Origin: an uncultured Alphaproteobacteria bacterium
Lineage (GTDB): Bacteria > Pseudomonadota > Alphaproteobacteria > RF32 > CAG-239
Length of the DNA stretch: 64,000 nucleotides
Direction of reading: 5' to 3'
Assembly: GCA_949282205.1 (NCBI GenBank)
Contig: CASDOS010000059.1
Coordinates: forward strand, 6,135-70,134
Made by a program: the position numbers and the translations under genes. This document shows, in pieces, positions 1 to 10,153 of this stretch. The notes beneath the pieces are model-generated. The model made no database searches and had not been told where the DNA came from. It saw only the letters and a program-made list of their open reading frames with translations. How positions within the stretch are numbered: the first letter of the stretch is position 1; every line of letters begins with the position of its first letter.

Positions 1-1
1 A

Positions 2-568
2 TCGTGCTACATTGGCTTAGATGCAGAAAAAGAGCATAAATTCGAAGGGACAACCAAACGGGTACTTTCGCCGGAGATAGCTGAAAAGTTTTTCCGCTTG
101 GAAGATGACGATTTGGGACAGCGTTTGATTATGATTATAGCCAAGAGTGTCTGGCGCCAAGACAGTGAAAGTCCGATGAGTGCGTTTCCGTATTTGAACA
201 AAGAGTGTGTTCAATACATGAGTCGCGAATTAATATTGGAATTGCTGATAAATCCGTTGTTTGTATTTAATTTTGAAGAAGATACAAGCGGAGAGGTATT
301 TGAGTTGATGTACCAAAAGGTCGGTGGAGAGCAAGAACAAGAGTTACTGGCAGTCAACAGTTTTCATATTGAAGGCTGGGTTAATCCAACGCGCGAACAA
401 AGAAAGACTGTTAAATTGTTTTTGATGTCATCGCATATTTTCTCAAATGGCGGAGATGAAGAAGCCTGTTTCAGAAAAATGTTCTTGAATTATATTTATG
501 ATATTCAAGAAGGAATGCAAATGATAGATAAACAAATCAAAAAAGAACAGGGAGTTACATTAAATTAA
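2..568 (+). CDS. Hypothetical protein, 5'-partial. The reading frame is open to the window edge and the track ORF starts at an internal TTG.
   Basis: Frame continuous from nt 2; stop at 568; followed by a hairpin terminator. Confidence 0.45.
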   Translation, partial: SCYIGLDAEKEHKFEGTTKRVLSPEIAEKFFRLEDDDLGQRLIMIIAKSVWRQDSESPMSAFPYLNKECVQYMSRELILELLINPLFVFNFEEDTSGEVFELMYQKVGGEQEQELLAVNSFHIEGWVNPTREQRKTVKLFLMSSHIFSNGGDEEACFRKMFLNYIYDIQEGMQMIDKQIKKEQGVTLN

Positions 569-588
569 GGCTTGCTTGCAAAAAAAGA

Positions 589-616
589 AAATCGGAGAGC
601 AATCTCCGATTTTTTT
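589..616 (+). terminator. Rho-independent terminator (7-bp stem tcggaga/tctccga, loop gcaa, U-tract)
   Basis: Perfect inverted repeat 591-597/602-608 followed by T8. Confidence 0.6.
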
Positions 617-697
617 AGTTCTGAAAAAAGGCGCATAAAAGTTGACATCATAAAAAGAGATGCTATGTTTAAGAGGAATAAAATAGGGAGAAAAGAG

Positions 698-1567
698 ATG
701 AAAAGCATCGCGGAAGAACTAAAGGTAAAAAGTCAATATATTATGCCTAAAAGGTTGTTATCGCAGGCGGTAGGCAAGTTAGCCGCGGCAGAAATGGGGA
801 AGGGGACAGAGTTTTTAATCAAAAATTTCATCAAATACTATGAAGTGGATATGAAAGAAGCCAAGACGCAAGACATTGGCAAATACAAGAGTTTTAATGA
901 TTTTTTTGTAAGAGAATTAAAGAAGGGGGCACGTCCTGTTGTAAGCGATAAAAATGCGTTAGCAGAACCCGCCGACGGTATGATAAGTGAAATCGGGGAA
1001 ATATATAAGGATGCGGTTTTACAGGCAAAAGGCCATTATTATAGTTTAGAGGCGTTGCTGGGAGGAGATACGAAAGAAGCTAAATATTTTGAGAACGGCA
1101 GTTTTGTAACCACCTATTTATCGCCGCGCAATTATCATCGGGTTCATATGCCGCTAAAAGGCAAGCTCGAGAAGATGTTGTTTATTCCAGGGGAATTATT
1201 TTCGGTAAATCCGCTGACGGCGCAGAATGTAGATAATTTGTTTACGCGTAACGAGCGCGCCGTATGCTTTTTTGCAAATGAAGAAATCGGTCGTTTTGCG
1301 GTCATAATGGTCGGAGCGACGATAGTATCAAGTATAGCGACGGTTTTTGCCGGGTTATTGGCTCCGTCAAAAGGCAAAGAAGTAACGGTTTACAATTACA
1401 AAGATGATAACATCGTTTTAGAAAAAGGAGACGAATTGGGACGTTTTCTGTTAGGCAGCACGACAATTTGCATTTTCCCGAAAGGCAAGGTTAATTTTGC
1501 AAAAGAATTAAAGCCTGGTACACCGGTTAAAATGGGAGAAAATCTTGGAGAGATAAAGACGAAATAA
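698..1567 (+). CDS. psd: Phosphatidylserine decarboxylase proenzyme
   Basis: Motifs YHRVHMP and C-terminal LGSTT (self-cleavage GST site). Start moved to ATG 698, which has a GGGAGAAAAGAG ribosome-binding site; the longer track ORF from 572 runs through the upstream terminator and promoter. Confidence 0.85.
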   Translation: MKSIAEELKVKSQYIMPKRLLSQAVGKLAAAEMGKGTEFLIKNFIKYYEVDMKEAKTQDIGKYKSFNDFFVRELKKGARPVVSDKNALAEPADGMISEIGEIYKDAVLQAKGHYYSLEALLGGDTKEAKYFENGSFVTTYLSPRNYHRVHMPLKGKLEKMLFIPGELFSVNPLTAQNVDNLFTRNERAVCFFANEEIGRFAVIMVGATIVSSIATVFAGLLAPSKGKEVTVYNYKDDNIVLEKGDELGRFLLGSTTICIFPKGKVNFAKELKPGTPVKMGENLGEIKTK

Positions 1568-1589
1568 AACCGGCAAAAAAGACATAAAA

Positions 1590-1620
1590 AATCACCCACG
1601 GGTTTGCGGGTGATTTTTTT
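1590..1620. terminator. Bidirectional hairpin terminator between psd and the convergent gene
   Basis: atcacccacggg...gcgggtgat followed by T7. Confidence 0.5.
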
Positions 1621-1628
1621 GACCACAA

Positions 1629-2432
1629 CTATTTCCAATATTCGGCAATCCAAAGAGTAGGTTTCACATGTTTATAGAGTTTTTTAAATCCGCGCGGATA
1701 TTTACCGGAAAGCGGATTAAAAGACCAAATCCCGTGAAGAGCTTCGTTAATCCCCGGTTCGCCATGAAAAGCAATCATTTTAAGCCCTTTTATATTAGGA
1801 AGTTTAGGTGTAATAAAGAAGCGTAATAAAGGATGAGGCAAACAATGAAAGCGAAAACTTTTAAACCAATTATCTGGCCAAAACCAGATTTTCCCGAATT
1901 TTTCGAGAACTTTAGCGGAAACATATTGTTGTGTAGCCGTATAATAAGTATCAATAACCTCTTGAGGATGTTTTTCAAAATATTCTTTAATAAAGCCGAG
2001 AGTACCGACCACCCAAGAATAACAGCTGGCTTGTCCGACTTTATTAGCTTTTTTTCCATGTCTATGCGCCCAATCGTTAATGGCGTAAAATCTATCTTCA
2101 ATCGGATAATCAAAAAATTCATCTAAATTTCCGACAATCAAAGAGTCTAAATCAAAAAAGAAGACACGTTGCCCGTTAAGTCCCGCGAGATTATCATCAC
2201 AAAGTCCCGAGGCTTTTCGATGATTTCCGAAAACAAATTGAGGTAGAACGTTAAGTTTCGGAATAGGACGCGCAATAATCCCGTCACTTAGATCTACGGC
2301 ATTATCAGTAAAGCAATAAAAATTAATTTGATAAGAGGTGTTGCGTAAAATTGCCGAATAAAGTTTATTAACGTCTTCGGCATTATACATTGTACCCCAT
2401 TTAATTGTAACAACATTAAAAGATTTAGTCAT
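1629..2432 (-). CDS. Putative DxD-motif glycosyltransferase (family not assigned)
   Basis: FFFDLDSLIV DxD-like motif; context of a glycosyltransferase cluster; no clear family match by eye. Confidence 0.4.
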   Translation of the reverse strand: MTKSFNVVTIKWGTMYNAEDVNKLYSAILRNTSYQINFYCFTDNAVDLSDGIIARPIPKLNVLPQFVFGNHRKASGLCDDNLAGLNGQRVFFFDLDSLIVGNLDEFFDYPIEDRFYAINDWAHRHGKKANKVGQASCYSWVVGTLGFIKEYFEKHPQEVIDTYYTATQQYVSAKVLEKFGKIWFWPDNWFKSFRFHCLPHPLLRFFITPKLPNIKGLKMIAFHGEPGINEALHGIWSFNPLSGKYPRGFKKLYKHVKPTLWIAEYWK

Positions 2433-2450
2433 AAAAAGTCTCCAAACAAA

Positions 2451-3518
2451 CTAAGCGATAGTGGGAAAAGGAAAATTTTGCGGATTAAAGTCATCAGTAA
2501 TTAAATCTGCGACATATTTTCCGACAATCAATTCATTAAAGAGTTCATGATAATGTATCCAACCGCGTTGAGCAACCCAAGAGCGTTGTTTTGTGTTAGT
2601 GCGGTAAAATTCAATTTTTTCGAGCAATTCATCAGTAGAGCTAAAGAAAGCGGCTTCGTCTTCTCCGAACAAATCATTAAAACCGGTACGGCGGTTGATA
2701 TACGTCAGGCAGCCGCAGCCCATAGCGTGCGCCATACGATCGGAAGAGTAGAGATAATCGTGGTTAATGACCGAAAGGTTTAAGACCGAGGCAGATTTTT
2801 GAAAAGTATCAAAATAAGCAGCCCCGTTAATAGCCGGATCATATATTTTGGGGAAAAGAAATTTATTTTGAGGCGCTTTACGCTTTAAGAAATCTGCAAT
2901 TTCCTTGCCATAACACATTTTATCGGCAAATTCGCGTAATTTAACCGGAGAAGCAGCAAATAGCAAGTCATAGTCAGGATGAGGATTTTCAAAAGCTCTG
3001 ACATTTTCAATAGACTTGTCAACGGGGTTAGGAATAAAGCCAATAATATGTTTTTGCGGTTCAAAACGTTCATACAATTTTTTATCAGCCGTCGTAATGA
3101 GCGTAAAGTCAACCGCATCAAGTTTGGAAGTGATATTGCGAATATTGTGGTTCCCCATTTCTGCATAGGGGTTTATGCAGTCAACATTCCACTGAATAAT
3201 TTTTATATGAGGAATTTTCTCACGAATTTTTAAGAGCGTGTCTGCAGAGATAATATCAGCATGTCCTAAAATAATGGCATCTGGAACAATATCAAGGCAA
3301 TACTTTAAGAAGCAATCATTAGTTTTACGAATACTAAAAGGTGTTTTAACCCCCAACCATTCCATAGCCCGATGCACATCTCTATCATTAAAAGAAACAA
3401 CATTATGCCCCAGACGTGATAATCCATTATTAAGTTTATAGGCCATCCCCGCCCAAAAGCAACCGCGAAGGTTAATAGTTTTGAAATAAGCGCAGTGTAC
3501 AATTTTTAAATTTTTCAT
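2451..3518 (-). CDS. Glycosyltransferase, CgeB-like / group-1 fold
   Basis: C-terminal GT-B-like region. Start moved to MKNLKIV, which has a GGAG ribosome-binding site 8 nt upstream; the track N-terminus is a translation of AT-rich leader. Confidence 0.5.
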   Translation of the reverse strand: MKNLKIVHCAYFKTINLRGCFWAGMAYKLNNGLSRLGHNVVSFNDRDVHRAMEWLGVKTPFSIRKTNDCFLKYCLDIVPDAIILGHADIISADTLLKIREKIPHIKIIQWNVDCINPYAEMGNHNIRNITSKLDAVDFTLITTADKKLYERFEPQKHIIGFIPNPVDKSIENVRAFENPHPDYDLLFAASPVKLREFADKMCYGKEIADFLKRKAPQNKFLFPKIYDPAINGAAYFDTFQKSASVLNLSVINHDYLYSSDRMAHAMGCGCLTYINRRTGFNDLFGEDEAAFFSSTDELLEKIEFYRTNTKQRSWVAQRGWIHYHELFNELIVGKYVADLITDDFNPQNFPFPTIA

Positions 3519-3665
3519 GCAAAAAACTCCGGTTGAAAAATATGACCATAAAAAATAAGCAAAAGTTTCAGAAATAAATGTTGATAGAATCAAATAGATA
3601 TTGCGGGTGATAAAGTCTAAATATAGACTGAACAAAAATGGTCATATTTATTCAGAAATAATGAG

Positions 3666-4304
3666 ATGAAAAAGATAGCGCTATCATCAGAAATCTATCA
3701 AATAAAAAGGACGGAACTCCAAGCTTTATCAATAGAACAAGATGTTTTTTGGGATGTGAAATCGGATGAAATTATAGTTCTGTTGGATGAAAAAGGAGAA
3801 GATAAGCTTATTTCAGGAATGGAAAAAGTAAAAACATCATCAGAAGAATTTCTGCCAGTACGCATGGCATATCATACATATCCCGCTTTTCAAGCCTTTT
3901 TTATAAATTTAATAAAGCCGATAAAGCGCAAGTTTTATAAAGTATTTCCTAAAGCATACACCACAACATTAGCCTGTATATTAGAAAATGATGTAATGCG
4001 CGGTGAGCGAAATGAAGCGAATGCCTACCAATGGACCAATAAAAAATGGCAAATCAGTCGCGAAGAGGCGCAAAAGCGTTATCATGACTTGTACAACTCC
4101 ATAAAAGAGCATGGGTACGATAAAAAAAGCCCAATGTTGATAATGTTAAACCGCAAATTTGGCGTAAAGGATCAGATTCTGCAGGGGCACCATCGTATTG
4201 GAATATGTAAAAGTCTGAATGTGAAAGAGGTAAGCATATCGTTTTGGGCTGTTCCCAAATCTTTTGAGTTTATGAAACTACTGATTAAAAGGAAAAAATC
4301 ATGA
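3666..4304 (+). CDS. Hypothetical protein
   Basis: ORF with coding-like composition; overlaps the start of the next gene by 4 nt (operon). Confidence 0.5.
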   Translation: MKKIALSSEIYQIKRTELQALSIEQDVFWDVKSDEIIVLLDEKGEDKLISGMEKVKTSSEEFLPVRMAYHTYPAFQAFFINLIKPIKRKFYKVFPKAYTTTLACILENDVMRGERNEANAYQWTNKKWQISREEAQKRYHDLYNSIKEHGYDKKSPMLIMLNRKFGVKDQILQGHHRIGICKSLNVKEVSISFWAVPKSFEFMKLLIKRKKS

Positions 4305-5428
4305 AAATAATGCTGGTAAGAGATAGAAATGTTTTGAACAATAACTGGCTGGCATATTTAGCAAATTTGTTTTATGAGCGTGGTCACGAAGTCGTAATTG
4401 CATGTGATACATACAAGAAACTAGGAGTATCCGCACCTGGATATGAGCTAAATCCAAAGGTAAGAATTGCAAATGTAAACGGCAAAACATCATCAGCGTT
4501 GGTAAATCTATGGCATAAATTAAGAAGTCCTTTTCCATCATGGTTTTTGTTTGATAAACTGATAAAGAAAGAACAACCCGATGTGATGATTTGCTATTTC
4601 CCCAAAGATTTGTATAACGTAACCCGTTTTCAACATCATAATATTCCGATTGTACAAATGATACACAATTATCCACCGGTACTTTTCCATAAGATATTAA
4701 AAAAAAATAAAATAATTCGTACATTATATAAAAAAAGTTTTCAACAAGTAACTGTTTATCAAGTTTTGATGGACTCTTTTAAAGATAAAATAGATGCTTT
4801 TTTCAATCCACACCATGTGGAAGCAATTGCTGACCCTGTGAAGCAATATGCCGAAGGAGAAATGGTGGATTTAAATAAAGAAAAAAAAAGAATTATTTAT
4901 GTTGCAAGAATAGAAAAAAATATCAAACGTCCACATTTGTTGGTGAAAGCTTTTGCCAAAATTGCTTCGGACTTTCCTGATTGGAAGCTCGAAATTTGGG
5001 GAATGAGCAAATATCCAGCATATGAAAATGAAATCAAAGCATTTATAGCAACACACTATTTAGAAAGACAGGTATCTTTAATGGGGTATAGCACAGATGT
5101 TGAAAGTGTATATAGAAGTGCAGATATTCATGCTTTTCCGAGTGCGGGAGAAGGTTTTGGCTTAGGGCTGGCAGAAGGAATGTCCATAGGTCTACCTTCC
5201 ATTGGATTTAAGAGTGCAACAGCGGTAAACGAAATCATTGTAGATGGACACAATGGATTTTTAGCGGAAGATGTAGATGATTTTGCAAAAAAATTAAAGA
5301 TTTTGATGGAAGACAAAGAATTGCGCATTAAATTTGGGGCTAACGCTCACAAAGATATGGCCGCATATGCTCCGGAAATTTTGATGGATGAGTGGGAAAA
5401 TTTATTAAAGCAGATTGTTAAGAAGTAA
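4301..5428 (+). CDS. Glycosyltransferase family 4 (GT-B, retaining)
   Basis: EGFGLGLAEGMSIGLPSIG motif typical of GT4/Glycos_transf_1. Confidence 0.8.
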   Translation: MKIMLVRDRNVLNNNWLAYLANLFYERGHEVVIACDTYKKLGVSAPGYELNPKVRIANVNGKTSSALVNLWHKLRSPFPSWFLFDKLIKKEQPDVMICYFPKDLYNVTRFQHHNIPIVQMIHNYPPVLFHKILKKNKIIRTLYKKSFQQVTVYQVLMDSFKDKIDAFFNPHHVEAIADPVKQYAEGEMVDLNKEKKRIIYVARIEKNIKRPHLLVKAFAKIASDFPDWKLEIWGMSKYPAYENEIKAFIATHYLERQVSLMGYSTDVESVYRSADIHAFPSAGEGFGLGLAEGMSIGLPSIGFKSATAVNEIIVDGHNGFLAEDVDDFAKKLKILMEDKELRIKFGANAHKDMAAYAPEILMDEWENLLKQIVKK

Positions 5429-5510
5429 TTTAAAAACAATCAAATAAAATAAAAAACTCAGGTGAGATATGAATATTACCTGAGTTTTTTTATGAAAAAT
5501 GAATAGTAAA

Positions 5511-6524
5511 TTATGGCTTAGAACGTAAAACGTCAGAAAGAGATAAGAAACGTTCAGCCATTTTATCTAGCACGTCAAAATCCGGCTTTAACGGGAAAAC
5601 TTTAGACAACAGATATAAATAAAAATCAGCCGTAAAGTAGGGATGTGGTAAATTCTTCTTTACAAATTTCCAGTTATCGGAAAGAGCTTTAGAGAAAAGA
5701 ATAGCAAGAATATTGCGCGGTAAAGTATCCTGATAATCTTTCAAAAAGTAGTAGTGTGCAAAAAAGCGATCATTATCTAATTGGTGAGTATTTTTGCTGA
5801 GATTGTTGGTTTCGCGAGGAACTAAAACAACATGCGCATCCATTTTTATAATGCCTTGCGCCAATCTAGCCGCTCTCAAAGGAATACTTTCATCTTGAAT
5901 AAATACGCGTGTGTCTGCTCCGCCGGCTTCTTGTAAAACGGAACGCTTAATAAGTTGTCCCATACGGGTAAAATGTCCGCCTAGCACAGCTTTTAAGGCA
6001 TTAGGATTATAATTATAACGAAAGTCATTAGGCATATATTCAGCCGCAATATCCATCGGTTCTTTACCAGTTTTTGTAAAAGTTCCATAAACCATATCGG
6101 CTTGATGTTTATCAGCGACCTCAATCATCTTTTCAGTAGAGTTAAGTGGGAAAATGTCATCTGAATCAAGCATCCTAATCCATTTGCCCTGAGCTAAAGC
6201 AATACCTTTGTTAATAGAAATGCTGATACCTTCATTTTTATCTTTTTTCAGGATGATAACATTTTTGACGTCTTTCGTCATTTCTTCAATAATTTGCACG
6301 GAACGATCGCGAGACAAGTCATCAACAAAGATATATTGCGGATTTTTAAGTCCGGTTTGGTTTAAGAGAGCCTTAAGAACGGCCGGCAAATAAAATTCTT
6401 TATTATAAACCGTCATAACAAAAGAAACATCAATTTCCTCAGAAGAGGTACTATCAATCAAACTTTCGTTTTCAGAAATTTTATTAAAATCAGCATTAGT
6501 CATATTCAAATCGTTTCCAAGCAA
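5511..6524 (-). CDS. Glycosyltransferase family 2
   Basis: VSFVMTVYNKEFYLPAVLKALLNQT ... YIFVDDLSRDRS (GT-A N-terminal signature with DxD). Confidence 0.8.
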   Translation of the reverse strand: MLGNDLNMTNADFNKISENESLIDSTSSEEIDVSFVMTVYNKEFYLPAVLKALLNQTGLKNPQYIFVDDLSRDRSVQIIEEMTKDVKNVIILKKDKNEGISISINKGIALAQGKWIRMLDSDDIFPLNSTEKMIEVADKHQADMVYGTFTKTGKEPMDIAAEYMPNDFRYNYNPNALKAVLGGHFTRMGQLIKRSVLQEAGGADTRVFIQDESIPLRAARLAQGIIKMDAHVVLVPRETNNLSKNTHQLDNDRFFAHYYFLKDYQDTLPRNILAILFSKALSDNWKFVKKNLPHPYFTADFYLYLLSKVFPLKPDFDVLDKMAERFLSLSDVLRSKP

Positions 6525-6691
6525 TAAACCTCAGTAAAACTATTAGCGAAAATAATCTGCTATAAGAAAACCTACATTTTTTTTTATCAATATGCAAGCA
6601 AAAAGAAGTTATCCAAAACAGAAGTTTAATAATCAAAATCTCCTAGAGAAAAAAATGTAGGTTAAATTGCATAAATAAAGTAGAGGGACAG

Positions 6692-7438
6692 TTGATGGTA
6701 AAACTATCTATATATATGGTTGTATATAACGAAGAATTGCGTATAGAACGCACATTACAAGCCCTGCAAGGAATAGCGGATGAATTAATAATTGTTGATT
6801 CCGGATCAACCGATAAAACTTTAGAAATAGCAAAAAGATATCATGCAAAAATATATTTTCATGAATGGAAGAGTTATTGCGACCAAAAACATTATGCGGA
6901 GAGTTTATGTACAAATGAATGGGTATTATTGCTAGATGCCGATGAAGTCATATCAAAAGAATTATTGGAAGAAATCAAAACAATAAAAAAGTCTCCGCAA
7001 TATAAAGCATATAAAATCAAAATAGTAGATATGTTTCCCAAAGATAAAAAAGCATCAAAATATGCCCGACAATTTAATCCCGTGAGATTATATAGTCGCA
7101 AATATGGCGTAATGCCAGCGGATAAAATGAATAAAGACCGAGTAGAGTTGCAAGAAGGAATAGAGATAGGTCAGATGAAGAGTTTTATATATCATTATTC
7201 TTTTTTGAATATAGAACAAACTCTAGATAAATATAATCGCCATTCAACAGAACTACAAAAGACATGGAAAAAAGAAGGGAAAAAGGTTGGATGGTTTCGT
7301 CTAATAATAGAGTATCCATGGCAATTTTTGCATTATTACATTGGTCACAGATACATTTTTCGAGGTAAACAAGGATTTATATATGCAAGCTTATTAGCCT
7401 ACTTTCGCTTTTTAAAAGTAGCTAAAAGCTTTGAGTAA
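6692..7438 (+). CDS. Glycosyltransferase family 2 (LPS-core WaaE/KdtX-like)
   Basis: LSIYMVVYNEE...IIVDSGSTDKTLEIAKRY. Confidence 0.75.
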   Translation: MMVKLSIYMVVYNEELRIERTLQALQGIADELIIVDSGSTDKTLEIAKRYHAKIYFHEWKSYCDQKHYAESLCTNEWVLLLDADEVISKELLEEIKTIKKSPQYKAYKIKIVDMFPKDKKASKYARQFNPVRLYSRKYGVMPADKMNKDRVELQEGIEIGQMKSFIYHYSFLNIEQTLDKYNRHSTELQKTWKKEGKKVGWFRLIIEYPWQFLHYYIGHRYIFRGKQGFIYASLLAYFRFLKVAKSFE

Positions 7439-7461
7439 ATACAAAATAGAGTAGTTAACAA

Positions 7462-8352
7462 ATGAGAAGATTGATATATTTGAAAGTATCTCTGATAAAA
7501 ATAATATATAGATTAGTTGTACCAATGTTGTATTCAGATAAACAAGAACGTAAGAAACATTTGAAGCAATGGACCACAAAATCAGAAAAGAAATATTTAA
7601 CACGTTATTTAAATGTGTTGGATGCGGAAAGTAATGAAAAAGAAGGAGAAGAATGTCCTAAAATTATCTGGATATGTTGGTTGCAAGGTATGAATAAAGC
7701 ACCGGAAATTGTGAAAAAGTGTTATCAGAGCATACAAAAGTGGTGTCCGGAATATGAAATAAAATTAATAGATAATGAAAATATATCCAGCTATGTTAGT
7801 ATGCCAAAATACATTATAGATAAATATCAAAAAGGATATATAAGTAATACACATTTTTCCGATTTACTGCGCTTGGCACTGTTAGATGAGCACGGAGGTT
7901 ATTGGATAGATGCGACAGTTTATCTAACCGCCCCAATCCCAGAGAAAATACAAAAAAGTCCTTTTTTTGCATATCATTCCGAAGGCTATTTGCATAATAA
8001 CAGTTGGTTCTTGAAATCCAATAAGGGAAATGCTCTAATTCACAATCTCAAGCAATTATTATTTGAATATTGGAGATATGAAAATTCTCTGATAAATTAC
8101 TTTCTATATCATATATTTTTTGACTTAATGATTGAAAGCAATACAAAACTAGCTGAAGAATGGAGAAAAGTTCCAGTACTATATGATGATTGTTATGAAT
8201 TAGAGCATAGTTTTTTTAAGCCATATGAAAAAGAAAAGTGGTTAGAAATCAATCAAAAAACACATATTCATAAATTAAGTTATAAGTATGACAAAAATAA
8301 AAACATACAGGGAAGTTTTTTAGAATATTTATTAAATGATAAATTGGACTAA
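7462..8352 (+). CDS. GT32 / capsular-polysaccharide-synthesis (Caps_synth)-like glycosyltransferase
   Basis: IIWICWLQG ... SDLLRLALLDEHGGYWIDATVYL (Gly_transf_sug-type DxD region). Confidence 0.6.
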   Translation: MRRLIYLKVSLIKIIYRLVVPMLYSDKQERKKHLKQWTTKSEKKYLTRYLNVLDAESNEKEGEECPKIIWICWLQGMNKAPEIVKKCYQSIQKWCPEYEIKLIDNENISSYVSMPKYIIDKYQKGYISNTHFSDLLRLALLDEHGGYWIDATVYLTAPIPEKIQKSPFFAYHSEGYLHNNSWFLKSNKGNALIHNLKQLLFEYWRYENSLINYFLYHIFFDLMIESNTKLAEEWRKVPVLYDDCYELEHSFFKPYEKEKWLEINQKTHIHKLSYKYDKNKNIQGSFLEYLLNDKLD

Positions 8353-8358
8353 AGATAA

Positions 8359-9414
8359 ATGCGCATAGTAAATGTAATGATAAGTAAAATGAACGGGGGT
8401 GTTGAGCAAGCCTTCTTGGATTATAATTCAGCGTTAAAAATGCATAATCATCAAATTTTAGCGATTGTTGACATAAAAACTAAAGTAAAATCATTTATAC
8501 AAGATACACAGTATATAACAATAAATTTTAATCAATATAATTATTTTTTGATTTTTAAATTGTATAAAACAATCAAAAAGTTTCAAGCAGACATAATCAT
8601 AACACATAGTAAAAAAACAATCCCAATATTGCGTATAGTGGCAAAATGGTTAAAGATTCCACTGATAGGAGTGGCACATAATGATAAATATAAAAAGATA
8701 AATCAATGCGATGCTATTTTTTCAATAACGGAATATCAAAAAGAGTTTTTTATCCAGAAAGGATATCCCAAAGAGAACATATATGTGATTCCTAATATGA
8801 TAAAAGGCAAAATAGAGTATAAAGAAAAGATATGGCATCATCTTCCGGTAATAGGTAGTATGGGAAGATTTGATCCAATGAAAGGTTTTGATACATATTT
8901 GAATGCACTCGCTTTATTACGAAAAGAAGGAATCGAGTTTAAGGCTGTTTTAGGCGGAGATGCCCAAAAAGAATATCCGAAGGAAAAGAGGAAATTGGAA
9001 CAAATAATCATAGATAATCAGTTGGATAAAAGTGTAACATTATGTGGATGGGTAACAGATAAAGCAAAGTTTTTTCAAGATATAGATATATTTGTTCTGC
9101 CATCAAATTATGAGCCGTTTGGGATTGTTTTGCTAGAGGCGATGCAACATTCAACACCAATCGTAACCTCAGGTGCGGAAGGTCCCAAAGAAATATTTGG
9201 AAAAAACAAAGACTGCGTTTATATGTTTGAAAAAGGCAACGTTGAAGATTTAGCAAACAAATTAAGACAAGCTCTTAAAAATAGAGAGGAAACCAATCAA
9301 AAAGCTAAAAAATCATGGCAACTATGTGAGAAAGAATATAACATAACACAGGTATCAGAAAAGATAGATAAAATGATACAAAAGGTAATAATACAAAATG
9401 GTAAAGAAATATGA
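8359..9414 (+). CDS. Glycosyltransferase family 4
   Basis: EPFGIVLLEAMQHSTPIVTS motif. Confidence 0.8.
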   Translation: MRIVNVMISKMNGGVEQAFLDYNSALKMHNHQILAIVDIKTKVKSFIQDTQYITINFNQYNYFLIFKLYKTIKKFQADIIITHSKKTIPILRIVAKWLKIPLIGVAHNDKYKKINQCDAIFSITEYQKEFFIQKGYPKENIYVIPNMIKGKIEYKEKIWHHLPVIGSMGRFDPMKGFDTYLNALALLRKEGIEFKAVLGGDAQKEYPKEKRKLEQIIIDNQLDKSVTLCGWVTDKAKFFQDIDIFVLPSNYEPFGIVLLEAMQHSTPIVTSGAEGPKEIFGKNKDCVYMFEKGNVEDLANKLRQALKNREETNQKAKKSWQLCEKEYNITQVSEKIDKMIQKVIIQNGKEI

Positions 9415-10153
9415 CATTATTTATTCATTAGGTTCAAATTGTGCGTGTGCACTATACTTGAATAAGAATAATTTACGAAATACATCAGGTCCTCTGGACT
9501 GGGTTGTTGGGCTTGATTTTAAGCAAAAAATAGACTTAATATTAAATGATTTTAAGGAATACTGCAACTTAGAAGATTTAGAGATAATAACATCAAAGAA
9601 TGAATGCAACCCCCATATTTCGTGTAAAAATAAAAAAAATGGGTGTTATTTTTTTCATGATTTTCCAATGAATGTTCCTTTAGAAACATCATACCACCAA
9701 GTTGCTGAGAAATACGAAAGAAGAATTAAAAGATTTTATGATAATATATATACTAAAGAAAAAGTACTTTTAGTATGGTTCAGCTTAGACATAGAGACAC
9801 CGCTAGAAGACATAAAGCAAGCAAGCGAAAAGCTAAACAAAAAATTTGGAAAAGAGATAAATTTGCTATGTATAGAGCATAATGAAAATTTATCGGAAAA
9901 AGAAATAAAAATTCAAAAGTTATCTAAAAATGTCACCAAAATAGAATTATATGCTAAAAATCATGAAAACATAGAAGGATTTAGTAAAGGGAATGTAAAA
10001 AAGTGCAACAAAATATTTAAGCAATATGCGCTAAAACAGCCATTTGCTAAAGTTGTCAAGAGACAGGTAATAAAAATTTTATGTAATTTAATACCTATAA
10101 AGAGTTTAAGAAAAAAGTGTCGTAATCAATGGTTATATGAGAAAAATAAGTAG
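9398..10153 (+). CDS. DUF1796-type putative papain-like protein
   Basis: N-terminal YSLGSNCACALYL...GPLDWV signature. Confidence 0.5.
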   Translation: MVKKYDIIYSLGSNCACALYLNKNNLRNTSGPLDWVVGLDFKQKIDLILNDFKEYCNLEDLEIITSKNECNPHISCKNKKNGCYFFHDFPMNVPLETSYHQVAEKYERRIKRFYDNIYTKEKVLLVWFSLDIETPLEDIKQASEKLNKKFGKEINLLCIEHNENLSEKEIKIQKLSKNVTKIELYAKNHENIEGFSKGNVKKCNKIFKQYALKQPFAKVVKRQVIKILCNLIPIKSLRKKCRNQWLYEKNK